Under the pieces are notes generated by a model. The model searched no databases, was not told the origin of the DNA, and was given only the letters and a program-made list of their open reading frames with translations. A program made the translations under genes and the position numbers. Of a DNA stretch of 64,000 bases, positions 12,519 through 23,962 are shown in pieces. Origin of the DNA: a virus (taxonomy: Duplodnaviria > Caudoviricetes); IMG/VR virus record IMGVR_UViG_3300035365_000057, positions 1-64,000 of that record. One strand, written 5' to 3'. Each line of letters begins with the position of its first letter. The first letter of the stretch is position 1.

Positions 12519-13124
12519 TTATTCTTTATATTTCCAAATATATTTAAGATTCATAATAGAGCGTGGTGTACCGATATTAGATTCTCCTTTTAATTGGCGC
12601 TGTATCGTTCGCCTATCACAGCCTGTGGCTCTACTAGCACCAATTATACTAGGGTATTCTCCTATAAGTTCACCGGTATGAATATCATATTGACAAACAG
12701 CTTTAGCTATTTTCATTCCATTTTCTCTAGCATTCTCTAACATTTTACCTGTTAGTTTACTATTTGGTTTGAATAAAAATTTTTCAGCGGCTTTTCTACA
12801 CGCTTCGGATATAACATGACCACCTTTATCTTTATTATATCCTTTCTCACGATTTGTAGAATCATATTTAGCTATCCATTCTTGCTCTTTAATATCTATT
12901 TCCTTTTGCGAACCAACAACAACCTCAAGTAATTCTGGAATAAAGTTTTGTATACCGTGTTCTCTCATAGCAATGTATAGAAAACAAGATAAATCATTTG
13001 GTCTTTTAGATACAAACGCACGAGATATATGTTCAGAATATCTTTTCATTATATCTCGTTTAGTTTGACCTACGTATACTTTATTATTTGTTAAATCTGT
13101 TATTTTATAAATATTACTAGTCAT
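12519..13124 (-). CDS. Free-standing GIY-YIG homing endonuclease with NUMOD1-type C-terminus
   Basis: NIYKITDLTNNKVYVGQT...R...H; C-terminal KAVCQYDIHTGELIGEYPSIIGASRATG. Confidence 0.9.
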   Translation of the reverse strand: MTSNIYKITDLTNNKVYVGQTKRDIMKRYSEHISRAFVSKRPNDLSCFLYIAMREHGIQNFIPELLEVVVGSQKEIDIKEQEWIAKYDSTNREKGYNKDKGGHVISEACRKAAEKFLFKPNSKLTGKMLENARENGMKIAKAVCQYDIHTGELIGEYPSIIGASRATGCDRRTIQRQLKGESNIGTPRSIMNLKYIWKYKE

Positions 13125-13157
13125 AGTGGTATAAATTTTAAACGTTTATACCACTAT
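13123..13157 (-). promoter_or_regulatory. 13-bp perfect hairpin sequestering the GIY-YIG start codon
   Basis: ATAGTGGTATAAA (13123-13135) / TTTATACCACTAT (13145-13157); the AU of AUG lies in the stem. Confidence 0.75.
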
Positions 13158-13196
13158 AACGTAGAAAATTACTTTAGGTTGTCACAAGCGTGGCAA

Positions 13197-14666
13197 TTAT
13201 TGAGCATCACAAATCAATTCTCCGCATGCTCTAGGGTCACGGAGCATAATACCCATTTCACCAAGGAAGTATACGGTATAACCGTCCTTACCATTAGATC
13301 TCAGAGTATCTTTGCTATGAGCATAACCAGATGGAGCAACAGCACCACCGGTGTACCAAGTAACAAACTCACGATCCTTACGAACAACTTTAACGATGTT
13401 GGCTTCACCATCACGACGGCCAAGATCAAGGAATGTCATACGGTAAGATTCCAGAGGTTTCAATGTTACAGGATGCAACTGACGATTGTAAACTGTATCG
13501 TCATACAGAGGGAAATACTTCAGAGTCAACTCGATACCGTTAGTCATCTTATAAGTCTTGAACTGACCACCGAAGGTAAGACTATCACCCTTGCCGGTAA
13601 CAAATACAGTATCGATCAGATTCATATTAGCAACCTTTTCTTTCAGAATTCTATCGAACTCTCTCATACCCATTTCACCAGTCAGAGCAACGAACTTACG
13701 TTCATTCGTACCAAGTACGTTATAAGACAGATCGAATAAGAAATCTTCAAGTAACTCAGCAGTAAGACGAGTATAATAACGTCTGTTAGAAGGAGCAATC
13801 TGCTCAAGCAGACCAGCGCCAATGAATACAGGACGACCGTTAGTACCAGTCAAATTACAAGAACCATCCTTATTTACATTGCTCTTCATATAAACGAGCA
13901 TACGTTCACATCTCTTATACCACTCACGCATAGCCAACCATTCCTGATAATCAGCCCACAGATAAGAAGTTTTACCAGATGCGGGATCTTTCAATGCGAT
14001 AGCCATTACTGTAGAATAAGCAGAACCAGTAATATCATAGTTGATACGAATTGTAGTCAGATAATTACGCATCTTGAAATGAGTATTATAGTTCAGGATA
14101 TCACCCTCTTCACTGTACTCTTCGTAAGCAGAAGCAAGACGAGATACCTGGCAACCTGCCTGCAGATATTCACCAGGAATATAAGAAGAAGCCTGACCGT
14201 CTGCGATAAAGCAAGTATATACCCACAGATTACCATCCTGATAAGGGGCACCAGAAATACGTGCCTAAAATTCTTTGTTATCAAATTCAATGATAGCACC
14301 ACTAGCAAACCAGTTGTCTTCCAACCACAGTAAGATAGGAGTATTACCCAAACCTGCAGTAGTATCAGCGCTTACAGCAGCACCATTCCATTTAGCGTCT
14401 CTAATTGTAACAGCTCTATCTGCGTCAACAATAACATTCCATTCCCAGCTAGGCTGATCAATAGTCATCACGTTTCCAAGACCGCCAGTCAGCATATCCA
14501 AAGATGTGCTATAACCATTATCCTTAGTACCGAATACCAAAGACAGAATGGTAGAAACCTGATAAGGATTCTATTGCGATGCGGCAGAAATCTTGTTTGT
14601 GTCGATCAAATCTGAGAATCGTTTACCTTTATAGAGCTATAGGTTATTTAAAATACCGTTATCCAT
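13197..14666 (-). CDS. Major capsid protein, 489 aa (TAG=Gln)
   Basis: MDNGILNNLQ(TAG)LYKGKRFSDLIDTN... joins ORFs 14265..14540 and 13197..14072; TAGs at 14637, 14571 and 14265; lies after the scaffold gene. Confidence 0.88.
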
Positions 14667-14718
14667 AATTAATTAAAATTATAATTATAATCTCTAAAAA
14701 TTTAAAAAATTGTTAATA

Positions 14719-15846
14719 TTAATTCACGCGCAATTGTCGTGCAAAAGAATCCCACATAGACAAATCGCTAGTGTTATCCTGTGTTTTAGTTCTTCTGCTT
14801 ATACCAGTTCTATTCAAGCTATTCTTGAATTTGTCTATAGCAGCATTAGAACCTTCAGTTTTTGCTGCTTTCATTAACTGATCACCGTATTTAGTAAAAT
14901 AAGCAGTTTCAATTAAATTCTTTACACTCTTTGACCAATCTTTATGAAATTGTGTTTGGCCATCAGCGTCTGGCTTAAATATGTATTCGATAAGAACTCT
15001 TTTTTCTTTTTCTGGTATTTTCACACCACGAATACTATCCATGCCTTTTATTTCGTTCACAACGCTATTAAAATATTGCTGTTGACGAGCCATTCTCTCT
15101 TTTGCTTGCTTTTCCTGGTTCTTTAATAGCTGTTGTTTTTTATCCTCTCTTATCTCTTTAAGGGCTTCTAAAGCGTCTTCTGCTTCATCTTCCAGTAGAC
15201 CAGCATCTTCATATTTTGTTAATTTCTTATCAATTTGCTTACTATTATAACCCTTCTCTTTTAAGAATTCTCTAAGTACTAATTTCTGATTACCTTCATC
15301 CTCAGTAATATCGATGTTTTCCAAATCGATTTCAGCGTCTATTTGTAAGTAATCTCTAATGTTACCGCCATTTCTAACAAAGTTATCAAGAGCTTCTACT
15401 TCTTCGCTAGCGTACTGAGGAACAGAATTATCTTCGATCACTTGCTGAAAGTATTCGACTAATTCTTCGGGAGTTTGAGGTACCTCGTCTTCATCTGTTA
15501 AATCCCATCCCATTTTTTCGGACAATACTTCAAAGAAAGCACTTACTGTGTTATCGTCATTCTGTACGTCGTCGTTTGTTTGATTACCGTCATCTGTATC
15601 ATCATCTCCCTTAGGTTCATCATTAGTCTTCTTATCTTTATCGTCCTTTTTATCGTCTTTGTCGTTCTTATCGTTTTTATTTGACTTTTTTAACTGTTCT
15701 AATTCTTCATCAGTTAATTCCTCTGACAAACCTTCCATATCGATTTTATCGTCTGTTACATCTTTGCCAGGTTCAGTCGTTGTTTTCTTATCATAAATTC
15801 CTGGCAAGAAGTCTTCAAATACTTCGAAACCGTTTATTGTATCCAT
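14719..15846 (-). CDS. Putative capsid scaffolding protein
   Basis: 375 aa, very acidic with an Asp/Lys low-complexity linker, directly upstream of MCP; no TAG. Confidence 0.7.
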   Translation of the reverse strand: MDTINGFEVFEDFLPGIYDKKTTTEPGKDVTDDKIDMEGLSEELTDEELEQLKKSNKNDKNDKDDKKDDKDKKTNDEPKGDDDTDDGNQTNDDVQNDDNTVSAFFEVLSEKMGWDLTDEDEVPQTPEELVEYFQQVIEDNSVPQYASEEVEALDNFVRNGGNIRDYLQIDAEIDLENIDITEDEGNQKLVLREFLKEKGYNSKQIDKKLTKYEDAGLLEDEAEDALEALKEIREDKKQQLLKNQEKQAKERMARQQQYFNSVVNEIKGMDSIRGVKIPEKEKRVLIEYIFKPDADGQTQFHKDWSKSVKNLIETAYFTKYGDQLMKAAKTEGSNAAIDKFKNSLNRTGISRRTKTQDNTSDLSMWDSFARQLRVN

Positions 15847-15864
15847 AATTATATATAATTAGAT

Positions 15865-16995
15865 TTATTTGTTTTCTTGTTGAGTATAATATCTGTTTGC
15901 TGCAACAGCTCCTGCGCCAAGCAAAGGTATTGTATTAAACCACTTTGCATATTGACGCATACTTTTAAATTGTTTACTTGCTCTTTTTACAGAGTTCATA
16001 TCAGATGGTAATTTATCAATTGTATTCTATAATAATTCTCTATCTACCTGTTGATCTCTATTATTTATTAGTCCTCTATTATACATATATTCTCTCAATT
16101 GATTCATATATGCTTTCTGTTCAGACATATTTCCATAATATTTATTATTACCATCAGCATAAGGTTTAATAGACTATCTCATTTGATAAAAGAGATTACT
16201 ATTACCATCAGCATCACTTGTTTTATTCTTTAAGAAATCAGATAAGTGATTTGTTTCATGAACAGTAATACCTTCTGGTAAATCGGTATCTTTAGCAAAT
16301 TGATATTCGTATTCACCTAGTTTTGGAAATTCTCCACCTTGTTTATGTCTCTCTGTTGATTTCTTAGTAGTAGATATTCTACCATTTGCTCCAGTACTAA
16401 ATTCAGTAGGCATAGCTTTCGGTAGTATATCCGAATTTGTATTATATGCATCAATTAAATCCGCATATATCTAAGTATAGTCATCACCATATTTCTCTTT
16501 AACTCTATTAGCTCGATTCATATAACTCGGATCATCAGTTAATCTCTATATAACTTCATATATTTCATTATTTAAATCTGTAGCTTTCTGTATATTTCTA
16601 GTATTTCTACTGAGAGCTCTATCTATAGCGTCCTATACGTATCTCTTATTAACAGTTGGTATAAACGGCGCTACTGCTAATGCTGATAAACCTGCGCCTA
16701 ACCAATCTCTATTCTTTATTGCTTGATAAGCATCATTAACTGCCAAAGCATCACCAACTGGTGTAAAATCTGCAGCGGTTCTTAAGTCTAATACTGGAAT
16801 TGCTTGACCAGTCGCTATAGGCTATCCTGTCCATCTATTTACTCTTTGGCCATTAATGAACTGTGGATATTTAGATTCTACTTCTCCCCCATCTTCGAAA
16901 GCCTATGCTTTCCAATCCTAGTAGCCTTTACCGGGATTTTGTTCCCGGTAAGACTTCAAGGATTTCATTCTCTATTTAAATTGAGTTCTGTCCAT
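15865..16995 (-). CDS. Virion cargo-like protein with pre-toxin-like segment and zincin (HExxH) domain, 376 aa (TAG=Gln)
   Basis: MDRTQFKQ(TAG)RMKSL..., FEDGGEV motif, ITVHETNHLSD, SEQKAYMNQLREYM; includes ORF 16174..16413. Confidence 0.65.
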
Positions 16996-16997
16996 AA

Positions 16998-17057
16998 TCA
17001 CTTACTTTTCTTTCCGCCTTTGCCTTTAGAGCTAGACTTCTTGCCTCCACATGCCAT
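16998..17057 (-). CDS. 19-aa Lys/Gly-rich micropeptide MACGGKKSSSKGKGGKKSK
   Basis: Fills the gap between two genes exactly; preceded by AAGGAGG; TGA stop. Confidence 0.7.
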   Translation of the reverse strand: MACGGKKSSSKGKGGKKSK

Positions 17058-17059
17058 AA

Positions 17060-17413
17060 TTAATCCTCCTTACTACTTTTAATTTTTAAATATTTAAACC
17101 AAGCATAATGCTTTCTTTCATTGCAATAATTTAAGTTTGTATCATTATTATGAGCTTCTTCTTCAAATGATATATCATGATATTGTTCACCTTGTTCATC
17201 TTTTAATCTAAACAATTTGATAATCAAATATTCAATACCATACCATAAATAGAAAGGAACCCACAGCATTTCCTACATTTGTTTGAGATGAATCTTTTCG
17301 TGATTATATTCAACATCCGTAATTTTCGATTTATCTCTAGTAAAAATAATACCAAATAGATTGATATATTTATATCCTTTAAAAGGAATAAATTTGTTCT
17401 GTACTATTTTCAT
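17060..17413 (-). CDS. Small HExxH metallopeptidase-like protein, 117 aa (TAG=Gln)
   Basis: MKIVQNKFIPFKGY...NHEKIHLKQMQ(TAG)EMLWVPFYLWYGIEY...ISFEEEA. Confidence 0.7.
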
Positions 17414-17415
17414 AA

Positions 17416-20400
17416 TTATTTCTCTCCCGGAACCCTATTCTTAAGAGCCGTTCTGGCTTTCAATTTCTCTCTTTCCATTGCAGCATCATCTGACATTTTT
17501 TGCAATTTCTCTTCGTGCTTCATTCTTTCTTTTTCTAAGGCAACTTTCTTATCTTCAATTTCTTTCTTCATTTTCTATTCACGAATCTTATTATTGAATT
17601 CAAATTGCTTAGATGCTTCTTCTGAAGCTTGTTTTCTTTCTTCTAAGGCCTATCGACCGATTTCAAGTATATCTGGTTCGCCATTATTATTTGCATCGGT
17701 ATCAACAGAACCCATATATGCATTAAGTTGAGCTACAGCTATCTTAGTCGCATTATCTTGATCAATCTTGTATTTTTCAAGATCCATTTCAGCTTCTTTA
17801 AGCATAAGCTCTTCTTCTTTGATTTCATTCTGCATCTGAATAGCTTGCTGTTCTCTCTGAGCTTGTGCTTCTTCCATTGCTTGCTGTTGTTGCATACGTT
17901 TTTGTTCTATTTCTTCAAGTCTATTCTTGATCATAGTAACATTATCCATAGTAATGATCTCAGCAATATCTAACAAACTAGCGCCATTCTACATAGCTGG
18001 CTACATGAGATTCTTAAGAGCTTCTATCTGTTGCTGATTCTTAGTAGTATCTTCAATAAATACATCCATATCTTCATAGAAGAAATTATCAGACAGTGTT
18101 ATAAATGCTCTTGTTGCATCATCTAATACATACTATATCGATGTTTTATTATCTTTCCATGCATATTTAGCAGTATTCAGAAGCATTGTTATTGCTTCTT
18201 TTTTAACTCTGTTATGCACCCAGAACCAAGGTTCAGTAATATGAGCAGACTGTATCACAGATCTTTCTACATTACCAACTAATTCATTAGAAGAAATTGC
18301 ACCTTCTCTTTGCTTACTTACCCCTGATATTTCAGATAACATTGATTCGATCTTATCCATAAGATTAATATACTAATCTATAGTATTAGCCATAGTAAGA
18401 TCTAATGCTGATATCTGATTAAATGTAGAAGAGTTATGGCATATCGTAAAATCATCGAGTAAGAACAAATTATCTCTGTCCAAAGTAAAACCATAATATT
18501 CGTCAATACCATAGTATTCTATTTTGAACATAGATCGATTTATGTCTTTCTGATGAGTTTTATCTCCCTTAGCTTGTTTTCTAGCTATCTTGGTAGGTAT
18601 TCTTTCACATCCTGACAGAATGGATACAACATAAGAATATTCGCTAACGTTCTTACACAGTTTAGAAGGTTTTAACTTTTTCTTACGTATAGATACCTTC
18701 ATACCTAAACTTCTAGCTATAAAAGCAAAATCGTAAGCAATATCTTTTCTATAGTCTACCTAACAAAAACCAAATCTTTTCTTTTTTGGGTCATACCATC
18801 CATCAGAGTCTATCAAACCTGCTAGTAACTCTAGTCTATCTTGCTCACAACAGTAAATATATTCTTTAGGAATGTATTTATTCTCAAAGATCCCTAATCG
18901 TTTCAGATTTTGTATTATATAGTTTGTTGGTTTATTTCTATAACCTTTTTCAGATTTATCTGTAAGTACTAAACTTACGTTCATAGCTTTTTCGTTACGT
19001 ACCTTATCGTATCTTACTCGCATATTATTATTCAAAGCAAATTGCTCCAAATAATCCATTATTTCATAATCTGCAGTTGTTATAGTTGGTTTGGATGTCG
19101 TACCATCTCCTAACCAAAGCCCAAGCAGGTAAGGATCGAAACTATTCCTTTGTTCTCCAAAATAAAGTCCATCTTTACGATATAAGTAATATTTATCTCT
19201 ACATGAAGGAGTTCTATTAAATCTCTCCATTAATGTAATTGGAGTATCTGTCTTAAAAGTAACTTCTCCGGTATGATGGTTCTTAAATCCATAATATATC
19301 TCATGCTTACTATTTACGATTTGTGGATTTCCTCCAGAAGATGGAGTAATCTTGTACATATGATCTTTTCCATGGTGAAGTTCTAGTACTGTACGTGGAG
19401 TTCCATCAGCTCCCATTACTTTATCAAACAGTTTAATATCTTCTACATTTTTTAAAGATCCGTCTGCCATTATTACTTTAGTACCCTTAATGTGACATTT
19501 ACCACCTTCTCTACCAGGTATATCCCAACCTTCTTCGTACGGATTAACAAAGTTAACTCCTAGCGCAGATAAATAATGCATCCATTTAGACACATCAATA
19601 TTCATTGATTTAGGTATTTGAGTAATATCCATGGTTATGATCTTACCTTTGTCTCTAGCCATAGCTAACTCAAGTCTATACCATATTATAATATACATAT
19701 ATTGTAAAGGCTTCATCATACTTACTAAGCTTCGTGGTCTGCTATTAGTATTATTGTATATTACACCTGTATATGGTAATCTTTGAGCATTTGGATTATC
19801 TGCAGATATGTGTTGATACTCTAACGGTTGTATACCGATATATAAGTCTTCTCCAACTCTATAACCTTCCCAAACATCAACAATCCATTTCCATTCAACA
19901 TTCAATTCGTTACCTGTAACTTTATAACTTTCATCAACTTCATATTCTTCAGGTTGTCCTGTTTCTTGATTCAAGATAGTAACGAATCCAATCTTTCTAA
20001 AAGACTTCCAACAACAATGCCATACGTGAACATTATCTGAACTTTCAAAAGGATTGGATGTGAATCCGTTAATTGTATGTGTTTTTATATGAGGATAATC
20101 TAATGAAGTCTTACCTAATTTTGGAGTAATACCACCCTTAGATGCATCATCCATTAATTCTAGTAACTAGTCTAGCTATTTTTCTGACATCTTATCATAA
20201 AGCCTATCATATACTTCAGTAGATGACATTATCATTTCATAGCAGCACCATTCGGCATCGTGGATGAATTCTAGATCAGAAGTATCAGTATCATAATCAA
20301 AGTATATAGGATTTATTCTTTCCATACAAGGTTCTCCATTCTATATACCTACGTAATATACTTCTTCACCGCCAATCAGAGCATCTTTCCAACCTTTAAA

Positions 20401-20985
20401 GAATTCGTGAGTTATATTTAATTTATTCTTTAAATAATTAAGACTATGATATGCTACAGATTCTGCTATATCCTTATAGTCTTTACTCATATATTTTTGT
20501 ATCTATTCAGGTTGCATTACTTCACCAGATTGTAATGCCTATTGATATCTAGCTTGATCTTCAGAACTTAATCTACTCATAATTTCAGCCTAGATATAAT
20601 CAATTAGCATCTACTTGGCTTTATCCTACATCTCACTAGTAGCTATATCACTTGTTCTGCTAACTCTGAAATTGAAAGGTCTTTTTGTTTCTTCACCTAA
20701 TAATAAATCTATTTTTGGTTTGATTATATTATAGTCTTGTGCTGTAGCAGGGAAACCATCTTGCTGTTTAAATGGGTTTGTAACATACTTAAGATCTTTC
20801 TCATTATATATACTATTATATAAATCATAGTATGTCTACATTTCTTCTTTCCTAGTACGTGTATTTCCATTTCTGGAACCACCTTGACTACGACCTATAA
20901 TATAATCAACGCAAGCTTCTTGCCACTCTTTTGTCTTCTTAGACATAGGTAGCTTCTATATTGGCATTTGATTAATATTATTCAT
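17416..20985 (-). CDS. Portal protein with intein (about 1189-aa precursor, about 834 aa spliced; TAG=Gln)
   Basis: Directly downstream of TerL; ORFs 18760..20154, 18373..18702, 18133..18360 and 17650..17976 share one frame and are separated by TAG; coiled-coil C-terminus. Confidence 0.88.
18433..19497 (-). mobile_element. Intein (355 aa) with LAGLIDADG homing endonuclease, in the portal
   Basis: N-terminus CHIKGTKVIMADGS; LLGLWLGDG and LLAGLIDSDG motifs; C-terminus YYGFTLDRDNLFLLDDFTICHN followed by +1 Ser. Confidence 0.93.
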
Positions 20986-20987
20986 AA

Positions 20988-23033
20988 TTAAAACATATAT
21001 GCTTTTAAATCATCAGTATCGTCGTCACGAAACCAATTTTGTGTAAAAATAGGACCTTCAAATAGTACCCTATTTTTATTTTCTTTTTTAACTTCTTTTA
21101 CTTTAACATTATATAGCTGTTCTCTATATATCATTACTTGAGTCAACGCCATCACCCTATCGACGTTGTTGACGTCATTTGCAGCTATCAATTCCTCTAA
21201 TAGCGGTTCTGATAGGATGTTGTATAAGTTCTTCTTACCATCAGCATTGATATCATTTAACCAATCTTTTATCAGACCCCAACCCCACTATTTAATCTAT
21301 TTATTCATATGGCAACCTTTCTTACGTTGTACTTTGGAATTGCTAACAATATCGTTTATGATGTCCGGCTAATCTGCTAGTAGATAATCACAATGTTTAT
21401 TAGTAAAGTATACGAATATACCTTTATTCTGATTTTCATACATTGCCCGTGCATTATAGTATATCAGCAATTTTCTAACATTTTCATAGAATTCGTCTGC
21501 AGTTTTTGGTCTACCAGTATACTCTGCTACAATTATATCTGAATACTATTCTATAGACTAAACTCGCTTATATATAATACAAGAACCTAATGACGTAGTA
21601 CTAGATTCATCATAGTCGTATGAGTCTATACCAGCTATGTATAAACCAGTCGATGCTTCTTTATTTGGATGCTCCCATATTACTATAGAGCCTTCTGGAT
21701 TATCTTCTTTCTTTAACGGATAATGAGTTATATCACCACTCTTCTTTATAGTCCACCTCAAACTACCATCTGGTTCCCAAGTAAGATCACCGACCTGTTT
21801 ATAGTTTTTTAGATTCTTATTAGTTCTTAATAGTGCTAACTATTCCTATAATTCTTTTTTAGGGAATATATTACCATTAAATTCCAAACATGCCTCTGAT
21901 GGAGTGATACAGTGTTCTGCTACATATCTATCTATAGTATTACTATTTGTAGCATTTTCGATTACTTTTCTTCTTTCTTCTAGTATGAATTCTAAAGACT
22001 TTTTGTGCAGCGTATTACCATCATCGTCCATATATATTCTGTGACCTTCTTTATCACGAAAATCAAGATTGGTATACTACGGAATAAAGAATCCGCACTT
22101 CTTTGTAGTAGCTGATTCATCCCATATATTATCAAATTCTAGACAATTATAACCTTCTGGATTATAAAACATATCTTTTAGTGTCTCGAAATGGCTACCT
22201 TCATCACCACCAGTACCAAACGCAACCATAGTACCAAATGCAACACCATCCTGTTCTACAGACGGTCTGGCTATTTGCCATGCTGCGCCTAATTCTGAGA
22301 AAGAACCAGCTTCTTCAAATATAATTAACTTACCAGCTTTACCACGAACAATATCAGGATTGTCTTTCAAAGTAACACCTATGATTTCTGATTTATATCC
22401 TAATTCTACTTCATTACCATAATCATCTTTAGTAAAGAATCCAGCACGTTTACGCATCTAAGTGTTAACTGATCTTTTCTTACCCCAAGCAGTATTCTTA
22501 TCTATAAAGTTCATATAATCCCAAGCTTTAGTAAGTATACCATCTTCAGTAAGATATTGTTTATTAGAAGCGTATATATAGGTTTTTGAGTTGGGAATTA
22601 AATAATAATTACGGCAAGCCATTGCAGCATTCTTATAGGAATAACCCTTTCTACGACTCTTTAATGCACATAGATGTTTTCCTTCTTCTTCAGCTTGTTG
22701 CATAGCCTAAAAGAAATAGTAATCGTAATCATAGAAATCTGGGAATAATAATTCTCTTGTTTTTACTATTTTCTTTATACCATTTACTATTTTTTCTTTA
22801 TACACTATTCTCTAAATAGGACAATAGTTTAAATAAAAATAGTTATACCCACTGATGTAATCACCATCATCAGTAGTATAACCATCAATACATCTATTTT
22901 TTTCTCTATCCCAGAACTGAAAGAATTCCGATGTACCCTAAGGATATGAACAATACTAGCCAGTATTTATAAAGGTCAAAGCCGGCTGACGGAATTTATC
23001 ACTATTATGTATCTTTTTAGTAAAGTCAATCAT
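20988..23033 (-). CDS. terL: Terminase large subunit, 681 aa (TAG=Gln)
   Basis: KSRRKGYS Walker A, IIFEEAG Walker B, FGTGG, AGIDSY nuclease motif, DRVMA; five ORF fragments in one frame joined by TAG. Confidence 0.92.
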
Positions 23034-23067
23034 GTTATTGATATGCGTAATATGGAAAAGTTATAAT

Positions 23068-23099
23068 AAAAGGGGCGCGTTTCACAACGAACCCCTTTT
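23068..23099. terminator. Hairpin between GIY-YIG gene and terL
   Basis: AAAAGGGG-CG-CGTT-TCAC-AACG-AA-CCCCTTTT; flanked by A/T tracts on both sides. Confidence 0.55.
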
Positions 23100-23112
23100 C
23101 TGATTTCAATTT

Positions 23113-23799
23113 TTAAATAGTCTTTTCAGACAGAATATTATCATTTGATTCTGTATCTGCGTACTCCCAGTAGAATCCTAATGATAATTTATGTTTATGC
23201 GTAGCGCCCCTAGATATTATTGTTCTTATATGATTAAGTTTTAAAGAGCTAATTCCTTCTTTAGAAATCCATCTAGCAGCGTCTGCTATACTGTTCCAAA
23301 TTCTTATAAGTTTACCATCTTCATCTATTTGTTTAACTCTCTTAGGAGATTTTAGCACTTTATTAAAAACATAAGTATTTACCGGAACATTATTACTTTT
23401 TAATACATTTCTTACCGTATCAACATGGCAACCAACTTGTTTAGCTACTTTTTCAGCAGAAAGCCCTGTTCTATATAATTCTATTATGTGTTTGTGATCA
23501 TATAATATTTTACCTTCTCCTCCTTTAGTTGCATTGTATCCGGATTTAAATGTATTATAAATATTTATATAATATATTTCTTTCTTAGATAATTCGTTTT
23601 CTTCACAAGTTGCAACTAAATCCACTCTAAAATTTTCTTTTCCGTATTTATTCATCGCTCTATAAAGAGGTCTATTTTCTTCACATCTTCTAGTTGCATC
23701 TTGGCAGTGTTCTTTAAATCTATCTGTTATTGAATTTAATGTTTTACCTATATATTTCTTATTATTAATTAAATTCGTTATACAATAAATGTATCCCAT
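23113..23799 (-). CDS. Free-standing GIY-YIG homing endonuclease (HTH and NUMOD1-type modules)
   Basis: MGYIYCITNLINNKKYIGKT...RFKEH; VKQIDEDGKLIRIWNSIADAAR. Confidence 0.9.
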   Translation of the reverse strand: MGYIYCITNLINNKKYIGKTLNSITDRFKEHCQDATRRCEENRPLYRAMNKYGKENFRVDLVATCEENELSKKEIYYINIYNTFKSGYNATKGGEGKILYDHKHIIELYRTGLSAEKVAKQVGCHVDTVRNVLKSNNVPVNTYVFNKVLKSPKRVKQIDEDGKLIRIWNSIADAARWISKEGISSLKLNHIRTIISRGATHKHKLSLGFYWEYADTESNDNILSEKTI

Positions 23800-23825
23800 A
23801 ATCTCTAGTCTATTTAAAAATTGAA

Positions 23826-23924
23826 TTAAAGGTAGAAAGCTTTCTTGATTTTTAGTACTTTCCTTGAGGAGCTACCATTACCTCCAACTACCTCTTCACT
23901 GTTGATCTTAACCTAAGAGGACAT
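23826..23924 (-). CDS. Putative 32-aa leader ORF with TAG at codon 4
   Basis: ATG TCC TCT TAG GTT...CTT TAA between the suppressor tRNA and the GIY-YIG gene; region is also highly structured. Confidence 0.35.
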
Positions 23925-23962
23925 ACTCTGCTATCAGACTTCAAGTATGCAGTTTTTATTTG

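Noticed and set aside
9347-14333. Plus-strand ORFs 9347..9814, 9854..10216, 13179..13739, 14079..14333
   Set aside because: Antisense shadows of the capsid genes with no recognisable motifs.
18433-19497. Low TAG content of the intein as evidence of recent acquisition
   Set aside because: The adjacent 219 extein codons (19498-20154) also have no TAG, so the contrast is not specific to the intein.
13197-23033. Self-splicing introns in MCP or terL
   Set aside because: Both read as continuous frames of expected length once TAG is decoded; the GIY-YIG genes lie outside them.
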